The notes: a model not told the origin generated them from the letters alone. Positions 12,402-25,216 are shown, counted from the first letter of the stretch. The stretch: DNA of 56,592 nucleotides from Perkinsus olseni (GCA_013115125.1 JABANN010000030.1:62001-118592), one strand, 5' to 3'. A program made the numbers and translations.

Positions 12402-14314
12402 ATGAGTCGCCGAGAACTACAGCAGAAGTACATTCATCATCGTACTGGACAGCTAGCCATCTCAAGCCTCTTGTACCGCCACCGGCCCTATGCGACGCCC
12501 AGGACCAACGGCAGGCCACGCTACGGTGTCTCTGGAAGCGAGGCACGAGTATTATCAGGCTTAACGACTCGGTGTGAAAACTCCCGTCTCTCTCAGAAAA
12601 GACCTCCAGCGATTCGATTCAGTCAGCAGGCTGAGGAAGTGCGGCTGCCCATCCAGTCGAAGGGGGACCCCATCCCAGATCATGCGAGGCCCCCAATGAA
12701 GGTAGGAGCTCTCGAGTGCTGCTAAGTGGGGTTCTTTCTATGGAGTGACAGCTCGCCTCGTCAATGGTCTGTTGTCACAGGAAGGGGTCGGCAGCACTGC
12801 TTACCGAGAGCTCAAGCACAAGTTGGACGCTCTCTTCGAGGCACTCGAGCGGAAGCCTTGTCCAGCATGGTACGCACGACTATACTCTGTTATGTGATGA
12901 TGCTGCCCTTCAGGGAGCAGCGAACGACCTTAATGCTCGATGCCAGCCCGGAAGCGGCGAGGCAGTCGAGACGGGAAAGGCGAGCTCGACTGAAGTCTCT
13001 CGCTACCCAGCGCATGGTGGACGTCCAGGCCAACGGAGGCGAGCTGGACGGCTGGGCGCCGACTGAACACCTCAGCAGCGTCCGCAAACTATCCGAAGAC
13101 ACCCTTTACAATCTCATGTGATGTTACGTGTGCTCATCATGCAACTGTGGTGTCGGGTTAGTATCACCAATGGAGGCTGGAGACGGGCAGTTAACGGAGA
13201 TCTGCCCCGATGGTGCCGTCTGATGGCCCTCCACCACGGAGCTTGCCTGAGCGCAGGGGTCCGTGTGGTCGTGCTGCTAACGCTTTCTACGAGGGGCTCC
13301 TGATGCCGGTGGCAGACCGCATCGACGGAAGCTTCAATCGTGTTAATGGTGACCTGGCCGGCCTTGCTGGCAGGGTCGACGGGTAGGCAGGCCGCCAGCG
13401 TACGGCTCGACGGTCCTCGGCCCGGCGACCAGGTACCTGGACGCCGTTGAGAAGCAGTTGGACCCGAATTTCAAGTATCATGAGGCGGCGGCCAAGGCAG
13501 CCTCAGCATCCAATCTGGAAGGCACACTTGAACGCTGGTGGGAACGTGCTGTTGTCCTCGGAGTTGATGTTGGCCTTAGGCGACCACGTAGGGGTAGCAG
13601 GGCGGAGGGGATGGGAGTAGGGTGTGGGGTAGGGCTACAGAGAGGAGCCATGGCCCCTCAGTCGCATGCTCTGTGTTATGATATCGAAAGGAGCAGTCGT
13701 CGTGGAGCATCAGACCGTGATAGAAGGGGAGCGTCTGCTTCCAGGTAGGGGTTCCTCAAAAGCGGATGGATAGAGGCCCCGCCAGGCACAGTCGGCGGAG
13801 GGGCGCCAGGATGCCCGAATCGGAGCAGCGCAGGTCGAGACTGGCATCAGCTGGAGGGACGTTGATGATGGTAATAAGTTGTAGCTCGTCGCGCACGGCA
13901 GACCTCCACAAGTCCCACCCTGTTGTTGTGCTGTACCTCTTTCCAGGCGTTCCACAACGCTTGGGTGTCTGTTATCACGCCAGTGAGGGTGATGCGGGAC
14001 AGGTGAAGGGACTGCATCATCAGGGGCGATGGGCTCGGTGGATGTCTGGAAGGTGCTCCCCTCGAGCCATCCATGACACAATCCTTGGCGGAGTCCGAGA
14101 CCGTCACATCCTTCAACGACCTTCACTTATGGTCATCAGAGTGTCCAGGGTGAGCGGACGCCCATCGCTCTCTTTCGGATGCTCCCGTCGTAGCGCGTCG
14201 TCGGAGCCCTCGCTCAAGAAGGTCCATTCAACCTTATCGGACTCTACCATCACGTCCGAACCTGCAGGGAAGGCAACTCGGCTGCGCCATTGTCGATTCG
14301 CGGCGAAATTGTGA
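12402..14314 (+). CDS. Hypothetical multi-exon protein (one or more genes)
   Basis: Short coding-like segments are separated by GT-AG or GC-AG introns, for example EQRTTLMLDASPEAARQSRRERRARLKSL and QLDPNFKYHEAAAKAAS. The structure is unresolved. Confidence 0.35.
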
Positions 14315-14358
14315 AGTAGGCGAGGAGTGGTATCGTTACGGTCTATATTGGAGCTTCA

Positions 14359-15160
14359 ATGATATCAGACATCCTCAGCTGGTTCGCCTCATTGGATCCC
14401 TTCCGCAGGTTCATACCCCCTCCGAGCACTCTGAGAGTATCTAGTAGTCTCCGCAGTCTGTTGTCTGCGGGCACGGGAGGCTTGGCAAAGCCTCGGGCTG
14501 ACGACAGTGATGAAGGTGACCTTTTTTTTGCTGTTCCGACTTCGGATCATCACGGATTTGAGGAGAAACGGCGAGTCACGGTTCATTCCCTTTTATGTGC
14601 GGCCTTGCCGAAGCCCCACCCCTTCGAATCTGGATCATCCACTACTCACTCCCCTCCCACAATTCTCTCACCCCGCTACACTGCCAATCTTCGCTCAGAT
14701 ACGGAGGGTGAGGAGGGCGGTAGCTCGACGGCCCGCTCCAGGTGGATAGCCAATGCTGAGGATATTGACCGAGAGGTGGTAGTGTTACCGCCATGCAAGC
14801 GGTCATGGTCTAATCAGTTGGACCGCCGCATGGAGACCCTGGCCACCCAGGACTCCATGTCAACGAGACGGACGAGTTTCGGATTTTCGGCGGCGGGTAG
14901 GGCTGCTGCTGTTGCCATCTGTCCTCGGGCAGCCTATGAGTTCCTCTTGGTTAGTACCAACGATAGCGCCCGATGTTGTACAACGCTCGAGGAGGGGCGG
15001 TTCGACTGGCGGCAGGTCTAGAGGGAAGGATGTGGCTAGCCCTGACGGAGAGAGCAGCGGCTTGGAAGATGACATTGGAGTGCGACCGGGGCATCGGAGG
15101 AAGAGGCTAGCGAAAGAGGAAAGAAAGATGAAGAAACAGCGGAAGGGCAGATCATGGTGA
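14359..15160 (+). CDS. Hypothetical protein with a basic C-terminus
   Basis: A 220-aa ORF starts at ATG 14359 and probably splices into the frame ending EERKMKKQRKGRSW at 15160. Confidence 0.4.
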
Positions 15161-15393
15161 GATAGTCGGAGCCACCGGCTGGCAGTGTCCCTGCTCAGCC
15201 ACCCTGCAGGCGTGCCGAGACACGACGGCCAATTCACTGAGGGCAGAGTCCCACAGAGATTCCGCATCTGACGGAAGAGCCCTCCCATGCTGACTGACTG
15301 CTGGCACCTATTGACTCTCTATACAGTGTCCTCGCGTTGAGCCTGTTGGGTATCTAGCTGTAGGAAACCGTTAAGCGTGTTCGCCCTATTCTC

Positions 15394-16641
15394 ATGACCT
15401 GCGACCCGCTGAGCCATCTTCATGGAGCGGCAGGCCATCAAGGCCATGTTGCCCTGATGACCGCCTTCACATCAACAGGAGATGCCCATCGTTCCGGGCC
15501 CTTAACTACAGCTTTTGGGTGAGGGATATACTCTGCACATCTTCCCATCCGCATAGCTTGATCGAGAATGCCGTCGCCCTGTTGGTCTGTAGGATAAAAC
15601 GGATTTACTTCGCGGCCAACAATAAGGATTGGAAGCTGGACTGCAACAGTGGGGATCAACAGGACTGCATCAGTGAATGCCAAAGGGAGTTCAAAGTCTG
15701 CCCAACTGTAGCTGTCATCTCTCCGATATTACTTGTCCTTCAGGGCGATGCTCTAGCGACACACGAATGCATAGCCTCTGTACAGAGGGCTTACTCGATG
15801 TAAGGAGCAGTGCCTGAGCCCTTCTGAGATGCCGTTGCAAGCAGTGAGCGCCTTGCGGCTCTGTAGGATGCCCGGAGGGGGTGGACAGATCCCGACGTGT
15901 TTTCCAGTGACTAGTCGGGCGTTCGTCCAGGGCAAGGGATGGACGCGTCTAAGCGGTAGATTGGACACTACAGTGCGGCTGCCTAGGGCCGTCCTCAGAT
16001 ATCGACGTTGGGGACTGTCTCCTCACGAGCACCAGCTCGTCGTGTGAACCTCACTTCGAGCCAGTTGTAGGGTGGCTTCACTACGAAGCTCCCTCTGCTA
16101 AGGTCCGCCACCTTCAACCTTTGATACTCCCTTCCGCACTGTCTTTGACATCAGAGGCGACATCGGTTCCTCCGGCTGAGCACACCCTGCTTGGGAGACG
16201 TCGCCGACCTCTATTTATCTGCCGAGCACCTTGTTCTCACCAATCGAGGCTATGTCCCCGCCAATCAGGTGTCATGCAATGACACCTCAGTTTTCAAGTG
16301 GGAACTTGTCGCTTGTTGTCATCGCCTGCACCCTCCTCCCGTCGGTCAGACTATCAGCTCTGGACCATCAACTACGGAGACATAGAGTCCAGTCCGTCCA
16401 GACGGTGGAGCTCGTCGAGTCTGGCCTAGCTTGTCCCCTCCTTCCGAGTGGTAACGTCATCATCGAGGGAGTACTGTGCAGCTGCTACTCTCCCCCTCGG
16501 GGTATGAGCATGTCCCATGCCACAATTCATGCCCTGGCCGCGCCCCTGCGCAACGGCATCATTCCACTACCCCCTAAGGCTAAGGGTGGGGCCTTTGTAT
16601 ACTACGAGTCCCTTGCAAGTGTTGTTAGACTCTTCACATGA
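15394..16641 (+). CDS. Hedgehog-type Hog-domain protein (Hint plus sterol-recognition-like region), multi-exon
   Basis: The Hint domain starts CFPVTSRAFVQGKGWTRLS/DIDVGD with Cys at 15898. It continues FEPVVGWLH, the B-block LYLSAEHLV and the end GLACPLLPSGNVIIEGVLCSCY, followed by the SRR-like HATIHALAAPLR. The start codon is uncertain. Confidence 0.85.
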
Positions 16642-17977
16642 CAGTGCCTCGAGTGTTGTCGCCAGTTGGCCGATTGAGTTAGTAAGGGAGTAGGGGTAGA
16701 AAGTCGACTAATACACATGCCGCGCTCCATACGTTGCCTGCCGGAACACACGAACACGGCTGAATGGAAAACCGGCAGCCCTGACTGGTCTACATCACTT
16801 CAGACTCGTTTTTCATGACCCAGAACTTGCAAGATCTCAGAAGCAACGTTCGAGAGCATGCTTGACGAGTCAGTCGACAGTGGCACGTCCTCTCGCTCGT
16901 GTACAACACGGTGTCGTTCCCTCGTCTCATTTTGTATCGGAGCCTCGAGCCTGTTCTATGGGAGCCATTTTATGCCTGGATTGGTAACACTGTGTCGAAA
17001 GCGCCCTGCTTGAACTGCGCCTTTGGCTGCGAGGCTGCGCGCGTTAGTTACTACAGTATTTCAATTCGCAGTCTATAGGGGTTCAGCCAGGTGCTCTAAC
17101 TGCCGGAGTGACGAGCACGGAATGCAAAGGTACTCTCCCTCGAGATATCGAGGGGTGTCTGGAAGTGTTGAGTACATCTGTCGGTCTCATCACACTCTCG
17201 GGTGAAAGTATGCGCTCGACAGAAGAGCCGACAATAGTGCCCCGTATGAGTCATGACATGCTCTCAGTAGCAATATAGCAAACCACCGCAATGTAGCAAA
17301 TCGGTATTGAACAGCCGCCAGCTCCGAAGGCGTAGGCCATGACGCTAACTGAGGTTGCTTTACATGGACAGTCAAGTTGTAGCATGCTCTATTGTGATGA
17401 TGCTTTAGTGATACTCGGGCAAGCCCTGAACTGACTGCCGGACCTTTCGTATACCACGAGTCCCTGGCCATCGGCGTGGACTTCACGTAGTCAGTGCTTT
17501 GTTTTTGTATCGCGACTCGGGCGAGTGAGCAAGTAACTTCGTAGGGATAACGTGTGTCGGTTACTACTGCCATCCGTTGCCTCCTTCGAGATACTTGAAA
17601 CGCAGAAGAAAGTCACTCCCGGGAATAGTGTCAGCGCGTACTCTTCAACAACAAGTTCAAATAAAATTGTGCTTTAAACGGTGATAAAATGGCTCTAATG
17701 CTACGAAAATAATATCATGACTCATGAAGGGGTACTATTAAAGGCTCTTCTGACGAGCTCATACTATCAGATGGGGTGGGGGGCTGCTCGGGGCTGTTGG
17801 GGCTTCTGCACACGAGGCCCATTCGCGGACCCAATGATGCCACGTAGAGAGTCTGAAAAGGACCGTGAAGTCAACACGACCAGCTGCTGCCGCGGTTCAT
17901 CGTACCAGGCTCAATCACAACGAGACGAGCACCATCTATGGAGTATTGCACGATGAGGCACATGCTATTTGAAAATA

Positions 17978-19815
17978 TCAGTACTGGCTTACATCCAGTC
18001 TCTCCCTTGCCCAGCCGTCATTGCCAAAGGTGTAGTTCCAAAGCACTACACGTATGCGAGACACAGCAACCCAGTCAAATGACTGCCGAGGGAGCAGACC
18101 GTCCACAACACAGGGCTCGTGGCGCAGCATCCTCTCAATGAAGGTATCGACCCACGTCGGCATGGGGGCGCCTCGCATGAGGCCTAGAGGTACGAACCAG
18201 AGGCGCCAATCTAGTCTGGGCATGTGGCCGATCGGAAGGAAGTAGGGCGGGTTGGTGGGGTCCACCGGTTTGTGTTTGAAGACTATCTCACGCCATGGAC
18301 CCCCGGGGGAGACCTCGGCCTCGAAGTTGAGCTCCATTCGGAATGTCGTCATCCGGGCAAACAAGCCATATCCGCTACCAACAGCCATGGGACGCAGGTA
18401 GTGGCCTACTGAGGATGCCCAGTGGCAGGCTGGGTGAAGCGGGTCCAGCGTGTAAAGCAAAGGCTGCGTGACTCCGAGACCAACGACCAGGCCATAGCAT
18501 ATGGCAATGATATCGGAGAGTCGGTATGGATCATCCCGACGAGTCCCACCGAGGGGCACTGTGAGTGCTAGTGCGCACGTGAGGTAGTTGAAGAAGCCGT
18601 AGTTGCCGGTGAAGGCGATTAGTATCATCAGCAGAACAATCCACCAGACGCCTACTGCCCCGAGCGGATAGGGCAGGAGAAGGAGCCATGGAACCGGGAA
18701 GACCTGCACGAACAGGGTGAACCACACCATCAGACGACTCAGCCTGGGAGTCAGGCGACGATTCAAGTGATAGCCGATGATGGTAGGCAGAGGCTGGGTC
18801 CAGAAGTGGTAGTCCATGGCGGTCAGAGAGGACCACTTCGGACACCCTGAGAGCACCTTGCAGAGACCAGAGGACAGTACCAACTTGAAAAGCAACATTC
18901 TCAGGCTCCACATAGCACCGAGGCGAAGAGGCGGGACGGAAAGGGCGCATCCCAGAGCGCTGCACTCGAGGAGCAGCTGATCCCACTGGAGGTTTAGGAA
19001 GGTGCCGCAGCTCCGTTTGAGGACCCAGTAGGCAAACCAACAGATCGCCAGGGATAGACTGGACAAGGGAAAGGGTAGGAAGATTCCGGCGAGGGCGGAA
19101 CAGAGACCGATGTCACACAGCATCACCAGCCGAGTAGTGAAGATATCCTAACACAATCCAAATGATATCAACACCGCCGCAAGGCTCCGAACGACGCCCC
19201 TTGGAGACGTACGACGAGACGCACATGGTCACGTTTCCTTTCTAGGGCAGGAGGCCACTTTTCCCCACGCATCCATGCATGAGTAATGATCTCGGCGCGA
19301 ATCATCGTCTCCGATACTCGAGGAAGCTCAAGCCCACGGGATAGGAGGTTCTGACAACAGCATGGCCGTGCAAGGTTGGCACTTGAACAGCAGCTGTGAG
19401 GTCACCCTCATCTCCTGGATGCGGTTCCCGGCCGGTATTATGCCCGAGGTGCCGCACAGGCCTGGAAGTTGCCAGCGGAGGGAGAGGAACGCCAGAATGC
19501 ACATGACATGAATGCTCTGAGAGGAGCGATGCTGAATACTAAGCAGAAACAACCAAGTGGCTGTCCAGAGAGGACCGCAAGCACCATGGTTACGGAGACT
19601 ATAGGGCCTTCCCGTACTACCACGCGAGTCCTCTCCGCTACGACGTAGGCTTCGTAGACGCCCATGCGATAGACGGACTCATACAGCATTGTGCAGGTGG
19701 TCAGGAGAAGGATTGCGGTCACGCAGGCAGCTCCCAGAGTAGATCTCCCGACGGCTGGGGACAGGCGCTGCTGCAAGCCTTGAAGCAGCCAATGCGGCCC
19801 ACCGGCCACGGACAT
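17978..19815 (-). CDS. Lipase maturation factor family ER membrane protein
   Basis: LMF motifs FLNLQWDQLLLE, LLFKLVLSSGLCK, AMDYHFWTQPLP, TGNYGFFNYLT, GYGLFARMT and HMPRLDWRLWF are present. The N-terminal exons include SGIIPA. Confidence 0.92.
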
Positions 19816-19899
19816 GTTGAGCGCCCCTTGTACGGGACTTTAAATTCTGGGAAGGTGGTGTTGATATTTCGGGACGCGGTGGAAGTAATCCAGCACAAT

Positions 19900-20500
19900 T
19901 ATGCATGACTAACACGACAGTCAACAACCTCGAAAAGCATGGAGAATTCAATTCGGGGCACTGAACCACGCCACTGGCAGATCAGGGGCGTGAAGGAGCA
20001 AGTTGCTGAGGCCTGCACACCACCGAGAACGACAAAGTCTTGCTTCTCGGATAATGCCCTCCGAATGGACTTCGAAGCATGCAGAAGAGCATTACTCCAG
20101 TGGGCTGTCTGCATCCTCTGGCATTGTACGTGGGCGCTTCGGCCCTCCTCCCTCCAAGTGGTTGTTAGTTGCTCAAAAGACGCACTCTCCCTGTCGTGCT
20201 TCTAGCACGACAGGTCACGCCCTGATGGGTAGTTCTACCGGGTACTTGAGGACCAAAATACATACCGAACGCTGAGCTTGACCGAACAGCGCGAGCCTCT
20301 CAAGTGCTATCTTCAACTGGCTCCACCCAGCGAGCAAACTATGATTGGGAGAATCTACGGCTGTCGACTAGTAGCCAATGACCACTGACTGCCTATCTCC
20401 AGATTCAGATGAGCATTGCGGTCTTTTCAATTTATCCACAGTAGAAGGAGAGGTCTGCTCTCTCGCTTCTCCGCCCTGTATAACATCACCAAGCATTAGG
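19900..20500 (+). mobile_element. Possible decayed hAT-type transposase remnant
   Basis: Fragments in different frames occur in hAT motif order: FSDNA, LQVVV, LTEQREPLKCYL, DWENL, VEGE. There are stops and frameshifts, and no terminal inverted repeats were found. Confidence 0.3.
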
Positions 20501-21206
20501 CTTGTCGAGACGACAGTGTGACCGTGTAATCGTGTTGCTGGCCTGAACCGTCAACAGCACCGTGGTTGTGGTATTGATAAAGGAACGTCAGCTGGACTAG
20601 AGTCCTCCGATGGGCTATCGATCTTCATACATGTATTAGATGCCATCTCCGACTCAGAGGCTCTGAGTTCGTCCGGTGTTCTCACCAGGGCACCTACCCG
20701 CAGCCAAATGTAATTGCGCTATGCATGCAGACCGCTGACGAGTTCGGACACTCGGATGATCCGAGTCGGATCGCTCCTCGGCTGCTGCCTTGGAAAAAAA
20801 TCAATTTGACATTTTTGCGGTCGACCCTCCTCCGAAACGGTCGTGTCAAATCTTGCAAGCCTTGCAAAATCGTAACTCGCGACGCACCTCGCGTGCGGCA
20901 TGTGGCGTGCGATGGCTCAATTTTGTTCTCGGCGAGAACACAGTCCCTTCCGGCGGACAAACTGGTTCGTCACAGGCATATCCAAAACAGAAGTCGCCGC
21001 AGCAGTAGGCTGGCGGGTGATTCGGGGAACTTCGACGATGCTCGCTGGCCTCGGTCGGAAAATGCTCCGTCCGTCGTTAAACCAATCACCCAGGCTGGAA
21101 GCTTCCGGGCGGCAAAGTACGGAAAATGACGCCCCGCGAGTGTCCCGGAATAAGCTACCCTCCTCGCGAGGAGTCGATCTGGTCAGTTTAACTTGGTTTT
21201 TTGCCG

Positions 21207-22330
21207 ATGCCTCCGAAAAAGGCTCCGGCCAAAAAGGACGCCGGAGGCGACGAGAAGGACTATGATCTGGAGAACTTCATGTTGCAGAAGCGTCTAGAGG
21301 TCATCCAGCATCGGATTCAACTCAAAGAGGAAGTCATTGTAATGACTGGGCCCATCCAATATCAGTGGCATGGGATGGTGTTGTAGGCAGAGTGCCAAGG
21401 GAAGCTGGAAGAGCAGCGCAAGCGGAGAGGTAACACGCCGGCGGGTCGAACGCTTGTCCTTGCCCTCCTGGGGGCCGTACTCGATGCGCTCTCACTAGCT
21501 TCTCTTCACAATACTCACTTCCTTTGCTGCTACGATCCGCCGCTTACATCTTGGGAGATTGTTCGATCGTTGCTCTGTTTATTTTGTTCACCTGCGCGGT
21601 TGTTCTGAAGTACAACTGTACATGACAAGTTGTGTTGTTCTCCCCTCCAGCCGACTTGGAAACTCAAAGCAAGCAGGAGTTGGAACGACGACGAGAAGTG
21701 GTGGCTGAGATGACCCGACAGTACAATGAGATGCAGAATAGTTTCTCTGATCGCATTGAGGACTTGAAGGCACAAGTGAAAAAGGCGCAGGAGGACATTG
21801 GTACTGCAAATCGCCGCCGTGCCGTACCAACTTTTTCTCCGCAGTTGAGGTGGAGAACACCAAGGAGGCGACACGGAAAGAAAAAGAAGACGAGATTGCT
21901 AAGAAAGTACTGAGTGCTGGCAGCTGTACTCTGAACATGGTGGCACACCGAAAGGGTGTGCTATCTGAATATCCCCACGAGACTGATGTGTTAGGATGTG
22001 ACCATCAGGCAGCTCACACATAAAATGGAGGCCATGGCTTTCGAATTTGCCGACATGCTCAAGGAAGTTCTGGATAAGATGAGCCAGCGTATCGAAGTGA
22101 CCCATTCTGGTAGAGAGGAAGATGCTCATTCGTTCGAGCGACGTTTGCTGCCCTGCGTACCGGTGGTCTCTATGATTATGGACCGGGCTGCTCTTTCAGG
22201 ATGGTCTCGATCCGACCGGATGGACGGCGACGACTCGGCAGCTCCTTTCATGAAACAGCCACTCATTAGCAGCTTACAGGAGTTTGAATTGGTGCCCCAT
22301 GGGGACCTTCCACCCGAGCAGGCAGGTTGA
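21207..22330 (+). CDS. Coiled-coil protein similar to CCDC153/DRC12 (dynein regulatory complex), multi-exon
   Basis: The N-terminus is MPPKKAPAKK. Internal segments EMTRQYNEMQNSF and KMEAMAFEFADMLKEVLDKMSQRI resemble this family. Confidence 0.65.
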
Positions 22331-22691
22331 TTAGGGCCCAGGCTACACCGCCATGATGTTCATGAATGATGAGCCAGTGGTTACCTACTGAACGAACAGT
22401 ACCGAGTTCTGATCATCAATTAGCAGTTTTGGACGGGCAAGATGAACCACACGAGGCGCGGAGCGAGGAGAGGGATGGTAGCTGAAAATATGGAGTACGC
22501 CACTTCCTGATTTTGTCCGAAAACGCCGTTCACGAAGGCTCGTCGTAGGTTACGCAGGCGCTGTCTGATGTTACGGCTGGTCAACGCGACAGCTCTACTG
22601 TGAACTAAACATCCTGGGACCGAGAAACGATTATATTCAGCATACAAGACAAGAACACGATAGGGCAAGTATACGCCTGCCAGTGGAACCG

Positions 22692-25093
22692 TCATTCACT
22701 AGAATTGACTCGACCTTCCTGCCACTCCTCATCGATCAGTTTCAGATCAGCCGAGACGGGCCTGAAAAAGTTCATAACGTGGAAGAGGCTGTAGTTAGCT
22801 TACACTAAGTGTGGAGTGTACACCATTGTAGTTAACGTAGCCAGACCCGCACAGATGGCACACGCTACGCACATGAGCTTCCTACTACGTAGCAACCAGA
22901 ATAATCCGAGACCAATGGTGGCGCCTAACTTGGCGGCTGCTCCTGCAAACCCGTGCATGGTACCTGAAGGTGATGGTACACGGGTCAGATGGATATTCCC
23001 GCAGAATTTGAGCGTTCTGCGGTAAGTACAGTATAGAATCCATACCGTACTTCCCGCAGATCAGTCCATACTATGGACGAGCGATTATCATTCCCAGACG
23101 ACTACTCTGGAAGTAATTTCTTCGACCCGTACAGTGATACTACCGACTTCAGCCCTCATTATGGCCCCGCCGCACTATCAGCCCTGCCCAGGTGGTACCT
23201 CGGACCGGCGTAGGCCAGGACTCCAGTGGTATGAGGTATGTAGTGATGTTGGGCCCGAAGTTGAAGAAGCGGAAGAATGCGTTGAACAGTAGACAGTCGG
23301 CAACACGATCGGTAACAGCGCTCTCTGGTGTGTCAACAGACCACAGCGACAGGGCCAAACCGAAGAAGCAAAATGATAGCACCTAATATGAGCCAGGTAG
23401 ATCCGAGAGAGCTGCTCTTCCGCGTACCACAAATCCCATTAATTGCATCAACTTTGGAGGCACCATGTTAGCGGCCTTGATACCGAGCAAGTATCCTACT
23501 AGAGATATTCCCACGACCATTAGGCTCAGCAGGTTATCCTGGAACATGGCCGGCGGGTCGTTACCAAGGGCGCTGGGTACTGTCATGCTCTCATTGTCCC
23601 CAACCTACGAATACGCTCGGGTGTGGTACGAGGAAGGAGTCGAAGCTCACTGATATCAAGCCTAGCACTCCGTCACAATAGAAAGTGATGTCGAAGAGGA
23701 GCCACGGGACTGCACAGCCGGCAAGGCGCTCGGGATACTCCATTCCTGTTTTCCAACAGGACTTCACGTGCGACGTAATTAGAGGCAGGGAGAGTCTGAC
23801 GGGACGGTGGAAGGGACGGTCACTTGGCGACTGTGGCAAGTGTTAGAGTTGTACCTCCTAGGAGTCCGCATTCCCATGAAGAGGTTGAGGTCAGCTCTAT
23901 ACTCGTAGTAGAAAGTACTATCATTCAGCCATAATAAAGCGGCTACGACTAGCAAAATTGCTGCCAATGATGGTATGCAGAAAAGTATCATGAGGAGGGC
24001 CTGGGAATTGAACTCGGCTGGGCCCTTGGTCTGCGCACCGAAAACCGCTAGTAATGCCACCACCAAGGCCCCTCCGAGGAGCTGTGCAACACCTTGCGCG
24101 CACATGTACCTGAGGTTGATGCATGAGCAACGGAAGACAGTCCCTCGCCTCGCCGTACTTGGCCGTGTCGACGTGACGTTCGACGGCGGGACTCGATTCG
24201 ACGAGCATAGACCCGCAGATGGGGTACAGCAAGGTGCTGCTTACCCCAAGCAGCAAGCTCAAGATCAACCATACTACCTGACCAAGCTCATGGTATCCGG
24301 GCAGCACTCCGTTGGGGTGCAACTTTACTAGCATTAACCGAGAGGACGGCGAATTCCAAAGAGTGACTATCTCAGTGAGCCGTCAATCGCTAGTATGATG
24401 GTAATGGTCCCCCCACCTGCAGTATAACCTGATGGAAGGCCCCTGTGGGTGATGCTCCACTGAAATGGTCGGCCGCCAGAATAGCAGCATTGACGAGTAA
24501 GGTGACAATCATGATGCCGAGGGACCTGAAGGCTTGGCGTGATGTCGGATTGCAGCCCACGAGTCGAAGCCGAGGTTACCTACCCGATAAAAGAGATCCT
24601 TCTGCCGTAGATGTCGCATGCTAGTCCACCGACAAGGCAGCCGATACACTGCCCGAAGACAAGCAGGAACTGAGAAGGATGACTATTGACTGTTACAATT
24701 ATGGTACGATGTACACACGTGAGCTTTCTACTCTCGATGCCTTCACCGAGCGTATCGCCCTATACCATTCCAGTAGCTAGCGGACAGTACTACGCCCCCT
24801 GCGGAAGTACGAGAGCATCGTACTTGATATAAAGTGCTGGTCACGACCTCCGACTTGTGCCCTCCAAAGACTGCTGGGTATGATAATGACTGCACAGCGG
24901 TAGATATGGCACTGGAGGCCACTAAGGAGGTCACGAAGAAGCCGCAAAAGGCGAATATCCGACTGGTGGAGTCTCTAGGGCTGATCTTAGGGCGCCTCTC
25001 CCGCCTAGAATGGTCCTCGATGGGCTCGGATGATTCTTTGGCAGTCTGACAGGGGACGAGGAGGGGAGTTGTTGACGCTGCCTGTGCTGGCAT
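22692..25093 (-). CDS. MFS transporter of the Pho84/PHT1 inorganic phosphate:H+ symporter type, multi-exon
   Basis: Motifs WLLFDITFY, FFNFGPNITTYLIPLESWPTPVRGT and MHGFAGAAAKLGA occur among many hydrophobic helices. ATG is at 25093 and TGA at 22692. Confidence 0.85.
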
Positions 25094-25179
25094 GAGAAAA
25101 ACTAACTGTTGCCACGAGAAAGCGTGTCGCTCCTCAAAGAGCCTTCTAATGTGGAACAGGTACGCAGCATAGTGCGCTC

Positions 25180-25216
25180 AAAGATCCCCGGTTCGAATCC
25201 CAGGACCATCATTTTT
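25180..25216 (+). pseudogene. tRNA 3'-half relic: isolated Pol III B-box followed by a T5 run
   Basis: AAAGATCCCCGGTTCGAATCCCAGGACCATCA-TTTTT has the B-box at the correct tRNA spacing from the T-run. The T-stem is imperfect and no 5' half is recognisable. Confidence 0.55.

Noticed and set aside
15898-16490. A true protein-splicing intein
   Set aside because: It lacks the terminal His-Asn followed by a nucleophile and has no host extein. It ends in CSCY plus an SRR-like helix, as Hog domains do.
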